Source: Myxococcota bacterium (lineage in GTDB: Bacteria > Myxococcota_A > UBA9160 > UBA4427). From it: DNA of 64,000 bases. The stretch is taken from positions 4,608,001 to 4,672,000 of the forward strand of contig OZ252299.1 in NCBI GenBank assembly GCA_965250285.1, in the 5' to 3' direction. Each line of letters starts with the position of its first letter. Within the stretch, counting starts at the first letter, position 1. The position numbers were made by a program, and so were the translations under genes. This document shows, piece after piece, positions 20,045-29,999 of the stretch. The notes under the pieces were generated by a model, which worked only from the letters and a program-made list of their open reading frames with translations, made no database searches and was not told where the DNA came from.

Positions 20045-20911
20045 TCAATCCGCCGATTCGTCGGGCGGCTTCGCCGAGAAGTACTTCGTGTGGTCGACCG
20101 CCTGGGTCTCACCGGCGGTGCGTTCGATCGCCGACTGAATGCCCGAGTTGCGCCGCGTGCGACCGGCGGCGTACTTGAAGCCGGCCCCCGAGCTCGTCTC
20201 GTCGCACTGCAGGCACGGGCTGAGCGCGCCGTCCTCGGTGTTGTTGGTCGACTTGCTGAAGTTGCCGCGCAGCGTGTTGAAGAAGCCGTACTCCTTCATG
20301 CAGATGCGCTTGCACTTCTTGCGGGTATGCCGCGCATTCGCCGCCCAGGCCTCGGCGCACCAGGGTGTGAACCCGACCTTGTCGATGAAGCACTTGCGTG
20401 ACCGCGCGCCGATCAGCTTCATCGCGCACGCACGCGCGGGCGTGGTGAGATCGGGCGTGTCGAGATAGACCTTCAGATCTTTCAGCGTCGAGCAGGCGCC
20501 GCAGTGGTGATGATGCGTCACCACGTATCCGGCCTTGCGCGCCGCCTCGGCCGAATCGAACGTCGCGAGGACGTAGTCGCGCTCATCGGCGTCGACGAAC
20601 TTGAGCGCGCACACCGACTCGTCTTCGTCGTAGTCGGCGTACCACTCGAGCACGTCCCGCCGCGCCGAGCCTTCCCACACGAGCTCCTTCGCCGCGGGGT
20701 AGTAGGGGTCGAAGGTCTCGAAGCGCCGGCGCTTCTTGACCTGCACGTCTCGATCCGGATGATCGACCAGGTCCAGCTCGGCGAGGATCTCGCGCATGTT
20801 GAGCACGTGGGTGTCGGCGAGGTCGCCAGCCGAAGCGGGCGCGGCCAGCCACACCGACACCACCGCCAGCAGCAGTCTTCGCACGACGATCGACCAGGGC
20901 CCCCGGCTCAT
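20045..20911 (-). CDS. Secreted cysteine-rich hypothetical protein
   Basis: Signal peptide; HHHHCGACSTLKDL, C..CDE.SSGAGF..AAGRTRRNSGI; about ten Cys. Confidence 0.8.
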   Translation of the reverse strand: MSRGPWSIVVRRLLLAVVSVWLAAPASAGDLADTHVLNMREILAELDLVDHPDRDVQVKKRRRFETFDPYYPAAKELVWEGSARRDVLEWYADYDEDESVCALKFVDADERDYVLATFDSAEAARKAGYVVTHHHHCGACSTLKDLKVYLDTPDLTTPARACAMKLIGARSRKCFIDKVGFTPWCAEAWAANARHTRKKCKRICMKEYGFFNTLRGNFSKSTNNTEDGALSPCLQCDETSSGAGFKYAAGRTRRNSGIQSAIERTAGETQAVDHTKYFSAKPPDESAD

Positions 20912-21564
20912 GCGGGCCGCTCCGAGAGCGCTTCGACGGCCGAAGGCACCTCGCGGATGCCGCCCAGGACCGCCGCCGCCGGTGAGAAGTCGCCCCCGGC
21001 CGTCAGCGCATGGGGGATCGCGAGACAGTGCATGCCGGCCGCGACGGCCGCCTGCATCCCGCGCACCGAGTCTTCGACCACGACGCTGCGTTCGGGCGCC
21101 ACCCCGAGCCGCTCGGCCGCCTCGAGATAGGGGTCGGGGTGCGGCTTGTGGCGCGCGTACTCCCCACTCGCGAGCGCGAACTCGAAGTGATGCAGCAGAT
21201 CGCTATCGCGATGGGCCAGCTCGAAGTCATGTCGGTGCGCGCTCGTCACGATCGCCAGTGGGTAGCGCTCGCCGAGTGTCGCGACCGTCTCGTGCACCCC
21301 TTCGTAGACGTCGACGCCGGCCGCAACGCTCTTCTGATAGATCTCGTCGCGTCGTGCGCGCAACGACGCGATGTCGTCGTCGCCGAACCCGTGGTCGCGC
21401 AGCGCATCGAATACGCTCCGGCCCTGGCGCAGCGACAGATCGATGAACACCTCACGCGTCAGCTCGTGGCCGACCTCGGTGAAGATCTCGCGGTTGGCGT
21501 CGAAGTACAGGTGTTCGGTATCGACGAGGACGCCGTCGTTGTCGAAGAAGATCGCTTCGATCAT
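20908..21564 (-). CDS. HAD-family phosphatase
   Basis: [29 protein letters not shown]. Confidence 0.93.
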   Translation of the reverse strand: MIEAIFFDNDGVLVDTEHLYFDANREIFTEVGHELTREVFIDLSLRQGRSVFDALRDHGFGDDDIASLRARRDEIYQKSVAAGVDVYEGVHETVATLGERYPLAIVTSAHRHDFELAHRDSDLLHHFEFALASGEYARHKPHPDPYLEAAERLGVAPERSVVVEDSVRGMQAAVAAGMHCLAIPHALTAGGDFSPAAAVLGGIREVPSAVEALSERPA

Positions 21565-21571
21565 ACAGGGC

Positions 21572-21973
21572 TTATTCGTCGGTCTCGAGATCGATCGACG
21601 CCGAGTTGATGCAGTACCGGAGACCCGTCGGCGGCGGGCCATCGGGGAAAACGTGGCCGAGGTGCGCATCGCACTTCGCGCAGACCACCTCGGTGCGCAC
21701 CATGCCGTGGCTGCGATCGACGTGCTCGGTGACCGACTCGGCCTGCTTCGGGGCATAGAAGCTCGGCCAGCCGCTGCCCGAGTCGTACTTGGTCTCGGAC
21801 GAGAAGAGCGGCTCGCCGCAACACACGCACCGGTACGTGCCGGCGCGCTTCTCGTTCCAGTACTTGCCGGTGAACGCCGGCTCGGTTCCCGAGCAGCGCG
21901 TCACCTGGTACTGGGCGTCGTCCAGCTGGTCGCGCCACTCGGCGTCGCTCTTGGTGACCTTCTCGTCGGACAT
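21572..21973 (-). CDS. msrB: Peptide methionine-R-sulfoxide reductase
   Basis: [41 protein letters not shown]. Confidence 0.97.
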   Translation of the reverse strand: MSDEKVTKSDAEWRDQLDDAQYQVTRCSGTEPAFTGKYWNEKRAGTYRCVCCGEPLFSSETKYDSGSGWPSFYAPKQAESVTEHVDRSHGMVRTEVVCAKCDAHLGHVFPDGPPPTGLRYCINSASIDLETDE

Positions 21974-22019
21974 GGTCGATCTCCGTTTGGGGGGGGCGTG
22001 GTTTCGATGCCGGTCGGGC

Positions 22020-22673
22020 TCAGACGCTGCGGCCGAGAAGCGACGGGAGTTCGGGCAGCTCGAAGAATACTTCGGCTCCGGCGTCGTGCAGTTGTTCGGC
22101 CGCCACCTCGCGCGCGAAACCCAGCACGCGCATCCCCGCCGCCCGCCCCGCGCGCACGCCCGCAGGGCTGTCTTCGACGACCACACAGCCGGCCGCCTCG
22201 GCGCCCTGGGCCCGGGCGGCGTACTCGAAGACGTCCGGGTGCGGCTTGCCGCGATCGACGTGCTCGACGGCACTGTAGATGCGCCCCTCGAAGCGGTCCC
22301 AGAGCCCGGCGCCCCCCAGCGTGACGCGCATCTTGGCGGTCGAACCGCTCGACGCGACGCAGGTGCCGAGCCCCAATGCGTCGATGCCGGTCAGGGCCTC
22401 GTGCACGCCCGGCATCGCCAGATCGGCGGCGGCGAGCGCCGTGTGTTCGCGCCGGTCGAACTCGGCGTCGAAGTCGGCGGGCAGCGGGCGCCCGATTCGC
22501 TCTTCGATGATCTCGTAACACATCGGCATCGTGCGGCCGCGAAAGAGCGCGTTCGACTCTTCGAGGGTCAGATGCAGACCGACCTCGCCCATCAGCTCGA
22601 CGAGCACGCGATTCGCGGGTGCCTCGGTATCGACCAGCACCCCATCGCAATCGAGAATCACGAGCTGCGTCAC
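22020..22673 (-). CDS. HAD-family hydrolase
   Basis: [31 protein letters not shown]. Confidence 0.92.
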   Translation of the reverse strand: MTQLVILDCDGVLVDTEAPANRVLVELMGEVGLHLTLEESNALFRGRTMPMCYEIIEERIGRPLPADFDAEFDRREHTALAAADLAMPGVHEALTGIDALGLGTCVASSGSTAKMRVTLGGAGLWDRFEGRIYSAVEHVDRGKPHPDVFEYAARAQGAEAAGCVVVEDSPAGVRAGRAAGMRVLGFAREVAAEQLHDAGAEVFFELPELPSLLGRSV

Positions 22674-22688
22674 GTCGCGGGGTCGCCC

Positions 22689-24164
22689 TCAGCCGAAGAT
22701 CGGCGGTGTACGCGCCGAGAAGAGCGTCTCGCGTTCGAGCTGCGCGGCGACATCGAGCAGCGTCGCCTCGTCGCCACTCGCCGCCACGAGCTGCACCCCG
22801 ACCGGCAGGTCGGATGGCCCGCCGGCCTCGCCGGTCGTGAAGTGGCCGGGGACCGAGATCGCGGGCTGGCCCGACAGATTGAATGGCAGCGTGAACACGC
22901 CGAAGGGCGCGGCGCGCAGGAAGGGGCCCAGCGGGTTGTCGGGCATCTGCGCCATGTAGCCGATCTCGGGCGGCGGCTGGGCCTGGGTCGGTGTGAGGAG
23001 CAGGTCGAAGCCCTCCCGCCCGCCGTCGGCGCCGAAGAACTCGCTCACGCGTCGCCCGAACCCGTGGACGCCCTCGAGCGCTTCGAGCAGCTGCGTCGCG
23101 CCGAGGCCCTGGCCGCGCTCGGCCAGCGCCCACGTCATCGGCTCGACGCCCGCCGGGCCCACCGGCTGGCCGAGTCGTTCGCTCCAGCTCTGGAGCGCGC
23201 GCGCCACGTTGGCGCAGACGACGTCGACGTAGAGCCGCACGATGTCGGGCTCGTCGAGGGCCTTTGGATGCGCGAGCTCGACGACGTGGCCGAGCCCTTC
23301 GAGCCGCTCGGCCGTGCGCTCGACCGCCGCTACCAGATCGGCGTGCACCTCGATGTCGCGCGGTGCATGGCGCATGAGTCCGATGCGCAGACCTCGGCGA
23401 TTCGCGTCGACCGCTTCCGCGAACGGCGCCGCCGGCGGCGACGCCGCGTAGGGGTCGCCGGTCATCCGGCCGGCGATCACGTCGAGCAGCGTCGCCGAGT
23501 CGCGCACGGTGCGGCTCACCACGAATTCGCACGAGAAGCCGCTCCAACGTTCACCGAGGCCCGGCCCGAACGAGCTTCGCCCCCGGGTCGGCTTGAGCCC
23601 GACGAGTCCACACATGCTGGCGGGGCCGCGAATCGATCCACCGCCATCGCTCGCATGCGCGACGGGCACGAGGCCCGCGGCGACGGCCGCAGCCGCGCCT
23701 CCGCTGGAGCCCCCCGCGCTGTGCCCGAGGTTCCAGGGGTTGCGGGTGGCACCGAAGGCCTCGGGCTCGGTGGTGGGCAGCAGCGCGAGCTCGGGCGTAT
23801 TGGTGCGACCGAGCGAGACGAAGCCGGCCGAGCGGAGCTTGCGCGTCAGGTGGCTGTCGGCGCTCGCCGTGTACTCCGCGTCGCGCGCCGCGCGCAAGCC
23901 GGCGCAGAGCGGTCGCCCCGCCTCCTCGCCGCCGATGTCCTTCATGAGGATCGGCACACCGGCGAAGGGCGCATCCGCCACGCTTCGCGACACGTCGCGA
24001 CGCGCGTCGTCGAAGGCCGTGTGAATGACGGCGTGCAGCTCGGGATCGATCCGTTCGATGCGGCGGATCGCGGCCTCGACGAGCTCGGCGGCGCTCAGCT
24101 CGCCACGACGTACGAGCTCGGCCTGACCGACCGCGTCGAGGTAGGCGAGCGAGCGGTCATCCAT
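22689..24164 (-). CDS. Amidase-signature family enzyme
   Basis: [43 protein letters not shown]. Confidence 0.95.
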   Translation of the reverse strand: MDDRSLAYLDAVGQAELVRRGELSAAELVEAAIRRIERIDPELHAVIHTAFDDARRDVSRSVADAPFAGVPILMKDIGGEEAGRPLCAGLRAARDAEYTASADSHLTRKLRSAGFVSLGRTNTPELALLPTTEPEAFGATRNPWNLGHSAGGSSGGAAAAVAAGLVPVAHASDGGGSIRGPASMCGLVGLKPTRGRSSFGPGLGERWSGFSCEFVVSRTVRDSATLLDVIAGRMTGDPYAASPPAAPFAEAVDANRRGLRIGLMRHAPRDIEVHADLVAAVERTAERLEGLGHVVELAHPKALDEPDIVRLYVDVVCANVARALQSWSERLGQPVGPAGVEPMTWALAERGQGLGATQLLEALEGVHGFGRRVSEFFGADGGREGFDLLLTPTQAQPPPEIGYMAQMPDNPLGPFLRAAPFGVFTLPFNLSGQPAISVPGHFTTGEAGGPSDLPVGVQLVAASGDEATLLDVAAQLERETLFSARTPPIFG

Positions 24165-24600
24165 CGTTCGAGACCCGCTCGCGAATCGACACGCGCACGC
24201 CTGGCTCGTCGGCCCGCAGCTCGATCAGCTTCGGATTCTCGCTGTCCTCGCGAAACTGCAGGCAGACGCTGGTCAGGCCATCGCTCGTCGGCGACTCGGC
24301 GGCCTCGCCCGGCGCGTTCGGCCAGGCGCCGCACAGAGGGTTGCCGAGCACGCGCCACCAGGGCTCCTCTTCGGCGAGGTCCTCGAGACCGGCGGGCACG
24401 TCCTCTGCCGACTCGACGAAGGCCAGCTCGAGGCGCCCACCGGCGCCGTCGCTGCCGACCAGGATGCGGCCGACGTCGAAGGTGAGGACGTAGGCAATGC
24501 CGACGAGCGGATCGTCGGTGAAGCCGGTCGCCGCGCGGCGCTCGGCCCGAAGAATGCGTCCCCGCGCCTCGGCGGCGCGGTCGAAGAGCTCGATGCCCAC
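24157..24600 (-). CDS. Hypothetical protein
   Basis: GTG after a strong AAGGAGG; 3' end overlaps the amidase start; coding-like composition. Confidence 0.65.
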   Translation of the reverse strand: MGIELFDRAAEARGRILRAERRAATGFTDDPLVGIAYVLTFDVGRILVGSDGAGGRLELAFVESAEDVPAGLEDLAEEEPWWRVLGNPLCGAWPNAPGEAAESPTSDGLTSVCLQFREDSENPKLIELRADEPGVRVSIRERVSNDG

Positions 24601-24724
24601 GACGACATCCTCCTTGCACCCGGACGTGCAGAACCCGAACGAGATGGGACAGTCTACACTGCCGGGCGCGGCATGCGTCGCCGCGCCCGTCGCGCAAGCC
24701 CAGGCCCCTGGAGTGAAGCCCCCC

Positions 24725-25039
24725 ATGCCGATCATCGACGACGACGACACGCTGGTCACCCCCGACGGTCTGACCGTGCGCCGGCGCCGCCACGAGCGGT
24801 CGCTGTCGCCGCGCGACCTGGTCGAGGCCATCGCCGACGCTCAGGAGCGCGAGACCGGCCTGCGTGACACGATCAAGCCGAGCCTGCTCGCGGGCATCGA
24901 AGAGCGCCGCGAGCGCATCCCGTGGTCGACGCTTCGGCTCGTCGCTTCGGGACTCGACTGCGACCCGATCGATCTGCTCGGGCCCGAGCCCGACCCCGAC
25001 GCCAACCCCGAGATCGACACGCCCCGCGTGCTGGGGTGA
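24725..25039 (+). CDS. Small XRE/Cro-like helix-turn-helix protein
   Basis: VRRRRHERSLSPRDL ... IEE ... TLRLVASGLDCDPIDLL follows the XRE pattern with an insertion; GGAG upstream. Confidence 0.55.
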   Translation: MPIIDDDDTLVTPDGLTVRRRRHERSLSPRDLVEAIADAQERETGLRDTIKPSLLAGIEERRERIPWSTLRLVASGLDCDPIDLLGPEPDPDANPEIDTPRVLG

Positions 25040-25118
25040 GCCCCGGGCGTCCCGCACGCCGATCGACGCGCACGGCACCACACACGACCACCCATGACAC
25101 ACGAAGGGGAGCATCGAC

Positions 25119-25901
25119 TTGAGCGGCTTCATCACGATCGACGAGGCACGCACGCGGCCCGGCCTGCGACTCGTCCTCACCGCTGGCGTGCCCGGGCCCT
25201 GGGGCGAAGCGGCGAAGGGCATCTTCCACGCCAAGGGCGTGCCCTTCGCGCGGGTCGCGCAGATCGGCGCGCAGGCGAACGAAGCGCTCGTCGAATGGAC
25301 CGGGATCGACAACGCGCCCCAGGCGATCCTCGACGACGAACGGCCGCTGGCGGGCTGGGTCGAGATCTTGCTGCGCGCCGAGAAGCTCGCCCCCGAGCCC
25401 CGACTTGTCCCCGACGACCCGGCCGACCGCGCGCTGATGTTCGGCCTCGGTCATGAGCTGATGGGGCAAGGCGGCTTCTGCTGGACCCGCCGCCTGATGA
25501 TGGTGACGCCGCTGCTCCAGCTGCCCGAAGACAACCCGGTGCGGGCCTTCGGCGACAACCTCGCCGCCAAGTACGGCATCGGCGACCCCGCCGAAGCCGA
25601 AGCCGCGCCGGAGCGCATGGCCGGCATCCTGAAGATGCTGTCCGCTCGACTCGCCGAGCAGCGCGCACGGGGCAGCGACTATCTCGTCGGCGATGCGCTG
25701 TCGGCGGCCGACATCTACTGGGCAGCGGCCTGTGCGCTCGTGCAGCCGTTGCCGCCCGAGGTCTGCCCCATGAGCGACATGATGCGAGCTTCGTATTCCG
25801 CGCCGCATCCCGTGATCGACGCCGCGCTCGACCCGGCCCTGGTCGCGCACCGCGACCGCATCTACGAGCAGGTCATGGAGTACCCGGTCATTCTCGAGTG
25901 A
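25119..25901 (+). CDS. Glutathione S-transferase-like protein
   Basis: PGPWGEAAK, LVP.DP.DRA, YLVGDALSAADIYWA. Confidence 0.82.
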   Translation: MSGFITIDEARTRPGLRLVLTAGVPGPWGEAAKGIFHAKGVPFARVAQIGAQANEALVEWTGIDNAPQAILDDERPLAGWVEILLRAEKLAPEPRLVPDDPADRALMFGLGHELMGQGGFCWTRRLMMVTPLLQLPEDNPVRAFGDNLAAKYGIGDPAEAEAAPERMAGILKMLSARLAEQRARGSDYLVGDALSAADIYWAAACALVQPLPPEVCPMSDMMRASYSAPHPVIDAALDPALVAHRDRIYEQVMEYPVILE

Positions 25902-25907
25902 CGCGAG

Positions 25908-26633
25908 TCAGTCGAGCGACCAGCTGCCGCAGCGTGTCGGGTGCGCCAGCGCGTCGGCGAGCGCGTCGAGGTACGACGTGCGCGGCCACTCGGTCGCGCC
26001 GAAACGCTCGAGATGGTCGGTGTGCACCTGACTGTCGACGAAGTCGAAGCCCCATGCTTCGAGTCGCTGCACCAGATGGACGAACGCGACCTTCGAGGCG
26101 TCGGGTACCCGCGTGAACATCGATTCGCCAAAGAAGACGTGCCCGAGCGAGACCCCGTACGCGCCGCCCACCAGCTCGCCGTCCCGCCAGCTCTCGACGC
26201 TGTGCGCGAAGCCGAGCTGGTGAAGCGCGCAGTACGCCTCGAGCATCGCCGGGGTGATCCAGGTGCCCGACTGCCCCGGGCGCGCGCTGTCGCGGCAGCC
26301 GATCATCACGGCTTCGAACGCGGTGTCGTAGCGCACGTCGAAGCGCCCACTGCGGATCTTCTTGCCGAGGCTGCGCGAAACCCGAAGCTCATCGAGTCGC
26401 AGCACGAAGCGTGGGTCGGGCGAGAACCAGAGGATCGGATCCTCGTCGTACCACGGGAAGATGCCCTGACAGTACGCAGAGATCAGTCGCTCGGGTCGGA
26501 GATCGGCGCCGAACCCGAGCAGGCCATGCGCATCGGCGGCGCGCGGGTCGGGGAAGGGATAGGCGTCGACGAGAGGGCGGAGCGCATCGGCGGGGACCAG
26601 GCGAAGCGACCGCTCGGGCGGCGCGCCGCTCAT
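25908..26633 (-). CDS. aat: Leucyl/phenylalanyl-tRNA--protein transferase
   Basis: AYCQGIFPW, WFSPDPR, TWIT, AHSVE, LVGGAYGV, FFGESMF, DASKVA. Confidence 0.96.
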   Translation of the reverse strand: MSGAPPERSLRLVPADALRPLVDAYPFPDPRAADAHGLLGFGADLRPERLISAYCQGIFPWYDEDPILWFSPDPRFVLRLDELRVSRSLGKKIRSGRFDVRYDTAFEAVMIGCRDSARPGQSGTWITPAMLEAYCALHQLGFAHSVESWRDGELVGGAYGVSLGHVFFGESMFTRVPDASKVAFVHLVQRLEAWGFDFVDSQVHTDHLERFGATEWPRTSYLDALADALAHPTRCGSWSLD

Positions 26634-26682
26634 CGGAGGCCTCCGGGCCAGGGGCCCACCGGGATGCCGCGCGATCGCGGGT

Positions 26683-27279
26683 TCACGGGCTCGCAAAGCT
26701 CCGCGCATCGGCCGGCCAGGGCGTGGCCGAGTCGAGCGCAGGGATCACGTCGGCGACCTCGTCGACCACCGACCACATGTCGAGATGGCGCTCGCCCATG
26801 AAGCGCTCGCTCACGCTGCGCTCGAGCAGCTCGATGCATGGATCGAAGAAGCCCTTCTGGTTCAGGAAGACGAGCGGACCGAGGAACAGGCCGAGGCGCT
26901 TGGCCGTAATTACTTCGAAGACCTCTTCGAGCGTGCCGCAGCCCCCCGGCAGCGCGACGACCCCATCGGACGCCGCTGTCATGCGTCGCTTGCGCTCCTG
27001 CATGTCGACCACCGTCTCGAGGCGCGTGAGCCCCGAGTGCGCCCACTCGAGCTCCTCCATGAAATTCGGGAGGATCCCGATCACGTCGCCGCGCTCGGCG
27101 AGGGCTGCATCGGCGAGCGCGCCCATCGAGCCGAGCGCGCCGCCGCCGTAGACGAGCGTGCGGCCCGCTCGCGCGATCATGCGGCCGAGCTCGGCGGCCG
27201 CCTCGCGGTAGACCGGATCGGCCGCCGTGCTGGACGCACAGAAGACGAGGATGCTCTCGATGGGCCCTTGCTCGCGCAT
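26683..27279 (-). CDS. LOG-family nucleotide phosphoribohydrolase
   Basis: VFCAS, LVYGGG..GSMG, MQERK, LPGGCGTLEE. Confidence 0.93.
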   Translation of the reverse strand: MREQGPIESILVFCASSTAADPVYREAAAELGRMIARAGRTLVYGGGALGSMGALADAALAERGDVIGILPNFMEELEWAHSGLTRLETVVDMQERKRRMTAASDGVVALPGGCGTLEEVFEVITAKRLGLFLGPLVFLNQKGFFDPCIELLERSVSERFMGERHLDMWSVVDEVADVIPALDSATPWPADARSFASP

Positions 27280-27285
27280 CGGGCG

Positions 27286-27294
27286 AATCTAGCA
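27286..27294 (-). promoter_or_regulatory. Extended -10 element of a probable leaderless gene
   Basis: Minus-strand TGCTAGATT, then 6 nt, then the ATG at 27279. Confidence 0.5.
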
Positions 27295-27629
27295 GCACCG
27301 CGGGGGCGATCGGCGACCGGCGCGGCGGCCTGCTAACGTCGGCCGCCGACAGACAAGGGTGATTTCAGGCGCTTGCAGGCCCACGGGCCCCGTCCCGATC
27401 GGGACGGCCCCCGATTCGGGGATTCGGTGATGTCGTTCGCGACACCCGCCGAGACGGCTCGGAAGACGTGCTAAGTGCCCCCACAGCCAGATCGCTGCTC
27501 TGGCGCGGCCGAGACCGCGCGATGGCGAATCAGTGGCCGCGACCCCTCCCCTCTTTCATGTGAGGTGGGCGGATCGCGCAGGGAGTGCAGGCCGGGCAGC
27601 GCCCGACCCCTCCGAATCGAGAAGAAGAG

Positions 27630-28817
27630 ATGGAAGACGGCCCCCGCGAGCGTGGCGCCGCGACTCGATCCGTTCATGCGGGCGAGCTGCGGCAGCAGGA
27701 AGCCAACGCGATCACCACACCGATCTACCAGACGTCGACGTTCTGGTTCGAGACGAGTCAGGAGGTGATCGACTACCAGGAAGGCAAGACGAAGCGCGAA
27801 GAGTACGGGCGCTACGGCAACCCGACCTGGCGGGCCGTCGAGCGCAAGCTCTCCGAGCTCGAAGGCGGTGAAGAGAGCGTGCTCTTCGCCTCGGGCATGT
27901 GTGCGGCGACAACGACGTTCCTCGCCCTGCTGCCGCCGGACAGCCACCTGATCGTGACGAGCGACTGCTACCGACGCACGCGCCAGTTCATCAACGAGTA
28001 TCTCGTTCGGATGGGCGTCGAGTGCACCGTCATCGAGCCGTGCAACCTCGAAGCGTTCGAGGCCGCGATCCGACCCGAAACGCGGCTGTTCTTCACCGAG
28101 TCGCCGACCAACCCGTACCTGCGTGTCATCGAGATCGAGCGGTGCGCCGAGATCGCGCACGCGAAGGGCGTGAAGGTCATCATCGACTCGACGTTCGCGA
28201 CGCCGTCGAATCAGCGGGCGCTCGACTTCGGCGCAGATCTCGTCGTGCACAGCGCGACGAAGTACCTCGGCGGCCACAACGACCTGCTCGCCGGCACGGT
28301 CACGGGCGACGCCGAGACGGTCGAACCGATCCGCAAGGCGCTCGGCGTGCTCGGCGGCATCATCGACAGCCACTGCGCGTGGCTGCTGTTGCGCGGCATC
28401 AAGACGCTCGACGTGCGCATGGATCGCCACAACGCAAACGGCCTCGCCATGGCGCGGTTCCTCGAATCGCACCCGAAGGTGCGGCAGGTCTGGTACCCGG
28501 GGCTCGAGAGCCATCCCGACCATGCCGTCGCGAAGCGTGAGATGAAGGCCTTCGGCGGCGTCGTCACGTTCGAGATCGACACCGACCTCGACGGCGCGAT
28601 CCGCTTCATCGACGCCACGCGGGTGCCCTACCAGGCGCCGTCACTCGGCGGCGTCGAGACGCTGATCGAGCTGCCCGTGACGATGTCGTACTGGGACTAC
28701 GACCCGAAGGACCGAGCCGAGTGGGGCATCACCGATTCGCTGTGCCGACTCGCCTGCGGCATCGAGAACAGCGAAGACCTGATCGCGGACATGGAGCAGG
28801 CGCTCGAGAAGGTGTGA
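27630..28817 (+). CDS. metB: Cystathionine gamma-synthase family PLP enzyme
   Basis: PIYQTSTF, YGRYGNPT, FASGM, ESPTNP, HSATKYLGGHND, APSLGGVE. Confidence 0.85.
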   Translation: MEDGPRERGAATRSVHAGELRQQEANAITTPIYQTSTFWFETSQEVIDYQEGKTKREEYGRYGNPTWRAVERKLSELEGGEESVLFASGMCAATTTFLALLPPDSHLIVTSDCYRRTRQFINEYLVRMGVECTVIEPCNLEAFEAAIRPETRLFFTESPTNPYLRVIEIERCAEIAHAKGVKVIIDSTFATPSNQRALDFGADLVVHSATKYLGGHNDLLAGTVTGDAETVEPIRKALGVLGGIIDSHCAWLLLRGIKTLDVRMDRHNANGLAMARFLESHPKVRQVWYPGLESHPDHAVAKREMKAFGGVVTFEIDTDLDGAIRFIDATRVPYQAPSLGGVETLIELPVTMSYWDYDPKDRAEWGITDSLCRLACGIENSEDLIADMEQALEKV

Positions 28818-28958
28818 CCGACTTCGGTTGGGTCTCGACGAACACGCCGCGCCCGGCGGCGGCGCGCGGCCCCGCATCGCGACCTCGTCCGGTTTGCGTC
28901 GCGACGCGTCGTGAGCGGTCGGCGCCGATCGGTCGGCGCCGACCTATCGACGACCCGC

Positions 28959-29780
28959 ATGCGCTTCGCGCCCCCTCCTCGAATCGTTCGCGCTCTTCGC
29001 GCGCGACGTCGAGGTCAGGGAGCTCGAGATGCAGAGAGATCGATCGCGGTGCTCTTGCTGTGGGTGGCCATCGTCGGTGCGCCGCCCGTGCGCGCCGACG
29101 AACACATGGAAGCGTCAGGGCCCGAGCCCGCGGCTTCCAGCGAGCCGTCCTCCGCGACGACACCGAGCGCCGGCGATGCGATCCCCGAGAACGGCACGTC
29201 GACCGGCAGCCCGGATACGTCGGCAACCGAGGAGATTCCGCCCTCACCGACGAAAGCCGCCCCTGCACATCACGGCGTCTACGTGCAGCTCGGCGGCCTG
29301 ACGGGGTTCGACATCGAGGTCGGCGACACCCTCAGCGGTGTCGTCCCCGGCCTGGGGAACGTCGACGTGAAGCCAGGCACCGGCCTGAGCCTGCGAGTCG
29401 GTGGCCGATCGGAGTATTGGGGCATTGAAGCGCTCCTCGATGCGATCCCGAATTTTCGCATTCAGAGCGGGGGCGTCACGCGCGCCAAGTACGGTCAGGT
29501 CATTGCGGGCGGCAATCTGCGCCTCTTTCTTCCGGTTTCTCAGCGCATCCAACCGAGCGTGATCGCCGGCGGAGGCTACGGGTTCTTCGTCCTCAAGGGC
29601 GCAGACGGCACCCGCGTGGAGTCGTTCGGCGGGGGGACGGTTCGCGCCGGGGGTGGCGTCGACTTCTATTTCACCGAACGGGTCGCGCTCGCCCTCGACT
29701 CGACGTACGTCTGGACGCTGGGCGACATCGAGGGCAGCGACTACGTCACGTTCGGTTGGGGCCTCCGATACCACTTCTGA
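28959..29780 (+). CDS. Outer-membrane beta-barrel protein (start uncertain)
   Basis: Signal-like segment, low-complexity linker, amphipathic beta strands, GGGVDFYF, C-terminal YHF. Confidence 0.75.
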   Translation: MRFAPPPRIVRALRARRRGQGARDAERSIAVLLLWVAIVGAPPVRADEHMEASGPEPAASSEPSSATTPSAGDAIPENGTSTGSPDTSATEEIPPSPTKAAPAHHGVYVQLGGLTGFDIEVGDTLSGVVPGLGNVDVKPGTGLSLRVGGRSEYWGIEALLDAIPNFRIQSGGVTRAKYGQVIAGGNLRLFLPVSQRIQPSVIAGGGYGFFVLKGADGTRVESFGGGTVRAGGGVDFYFTERVALALDSTYVWTLGDIEGSDYVTFGWGLRYHF

Positions 29781-29999
29781 TCCCGTAAAGCGCGGTCCTC
29801 ACTGATCGCCCCGGGGGCCGTCTGATCTCGTACGGCCCCGCCTCACCGAACCTCGCGTTTGTCCAGATTCGTCGCTCGCAACGGGCGCTGGACGTCGGGC
29901 GACCTGCCTGCTTGACCGCGTCGACCGATCCCAATTACGGTCTCGAGGTGTCGGTCGGATGAGCGCAGCGCGCGCGCCGACCGATCAGAGGCTGGTGTC

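Noticed and set aside
27471..27630. Canonical SAM, SAH or cobalamin riboswitch
   Set aside because: The conserved core sequences of these classes could not be matched by eye; kept only as an unknown leader.
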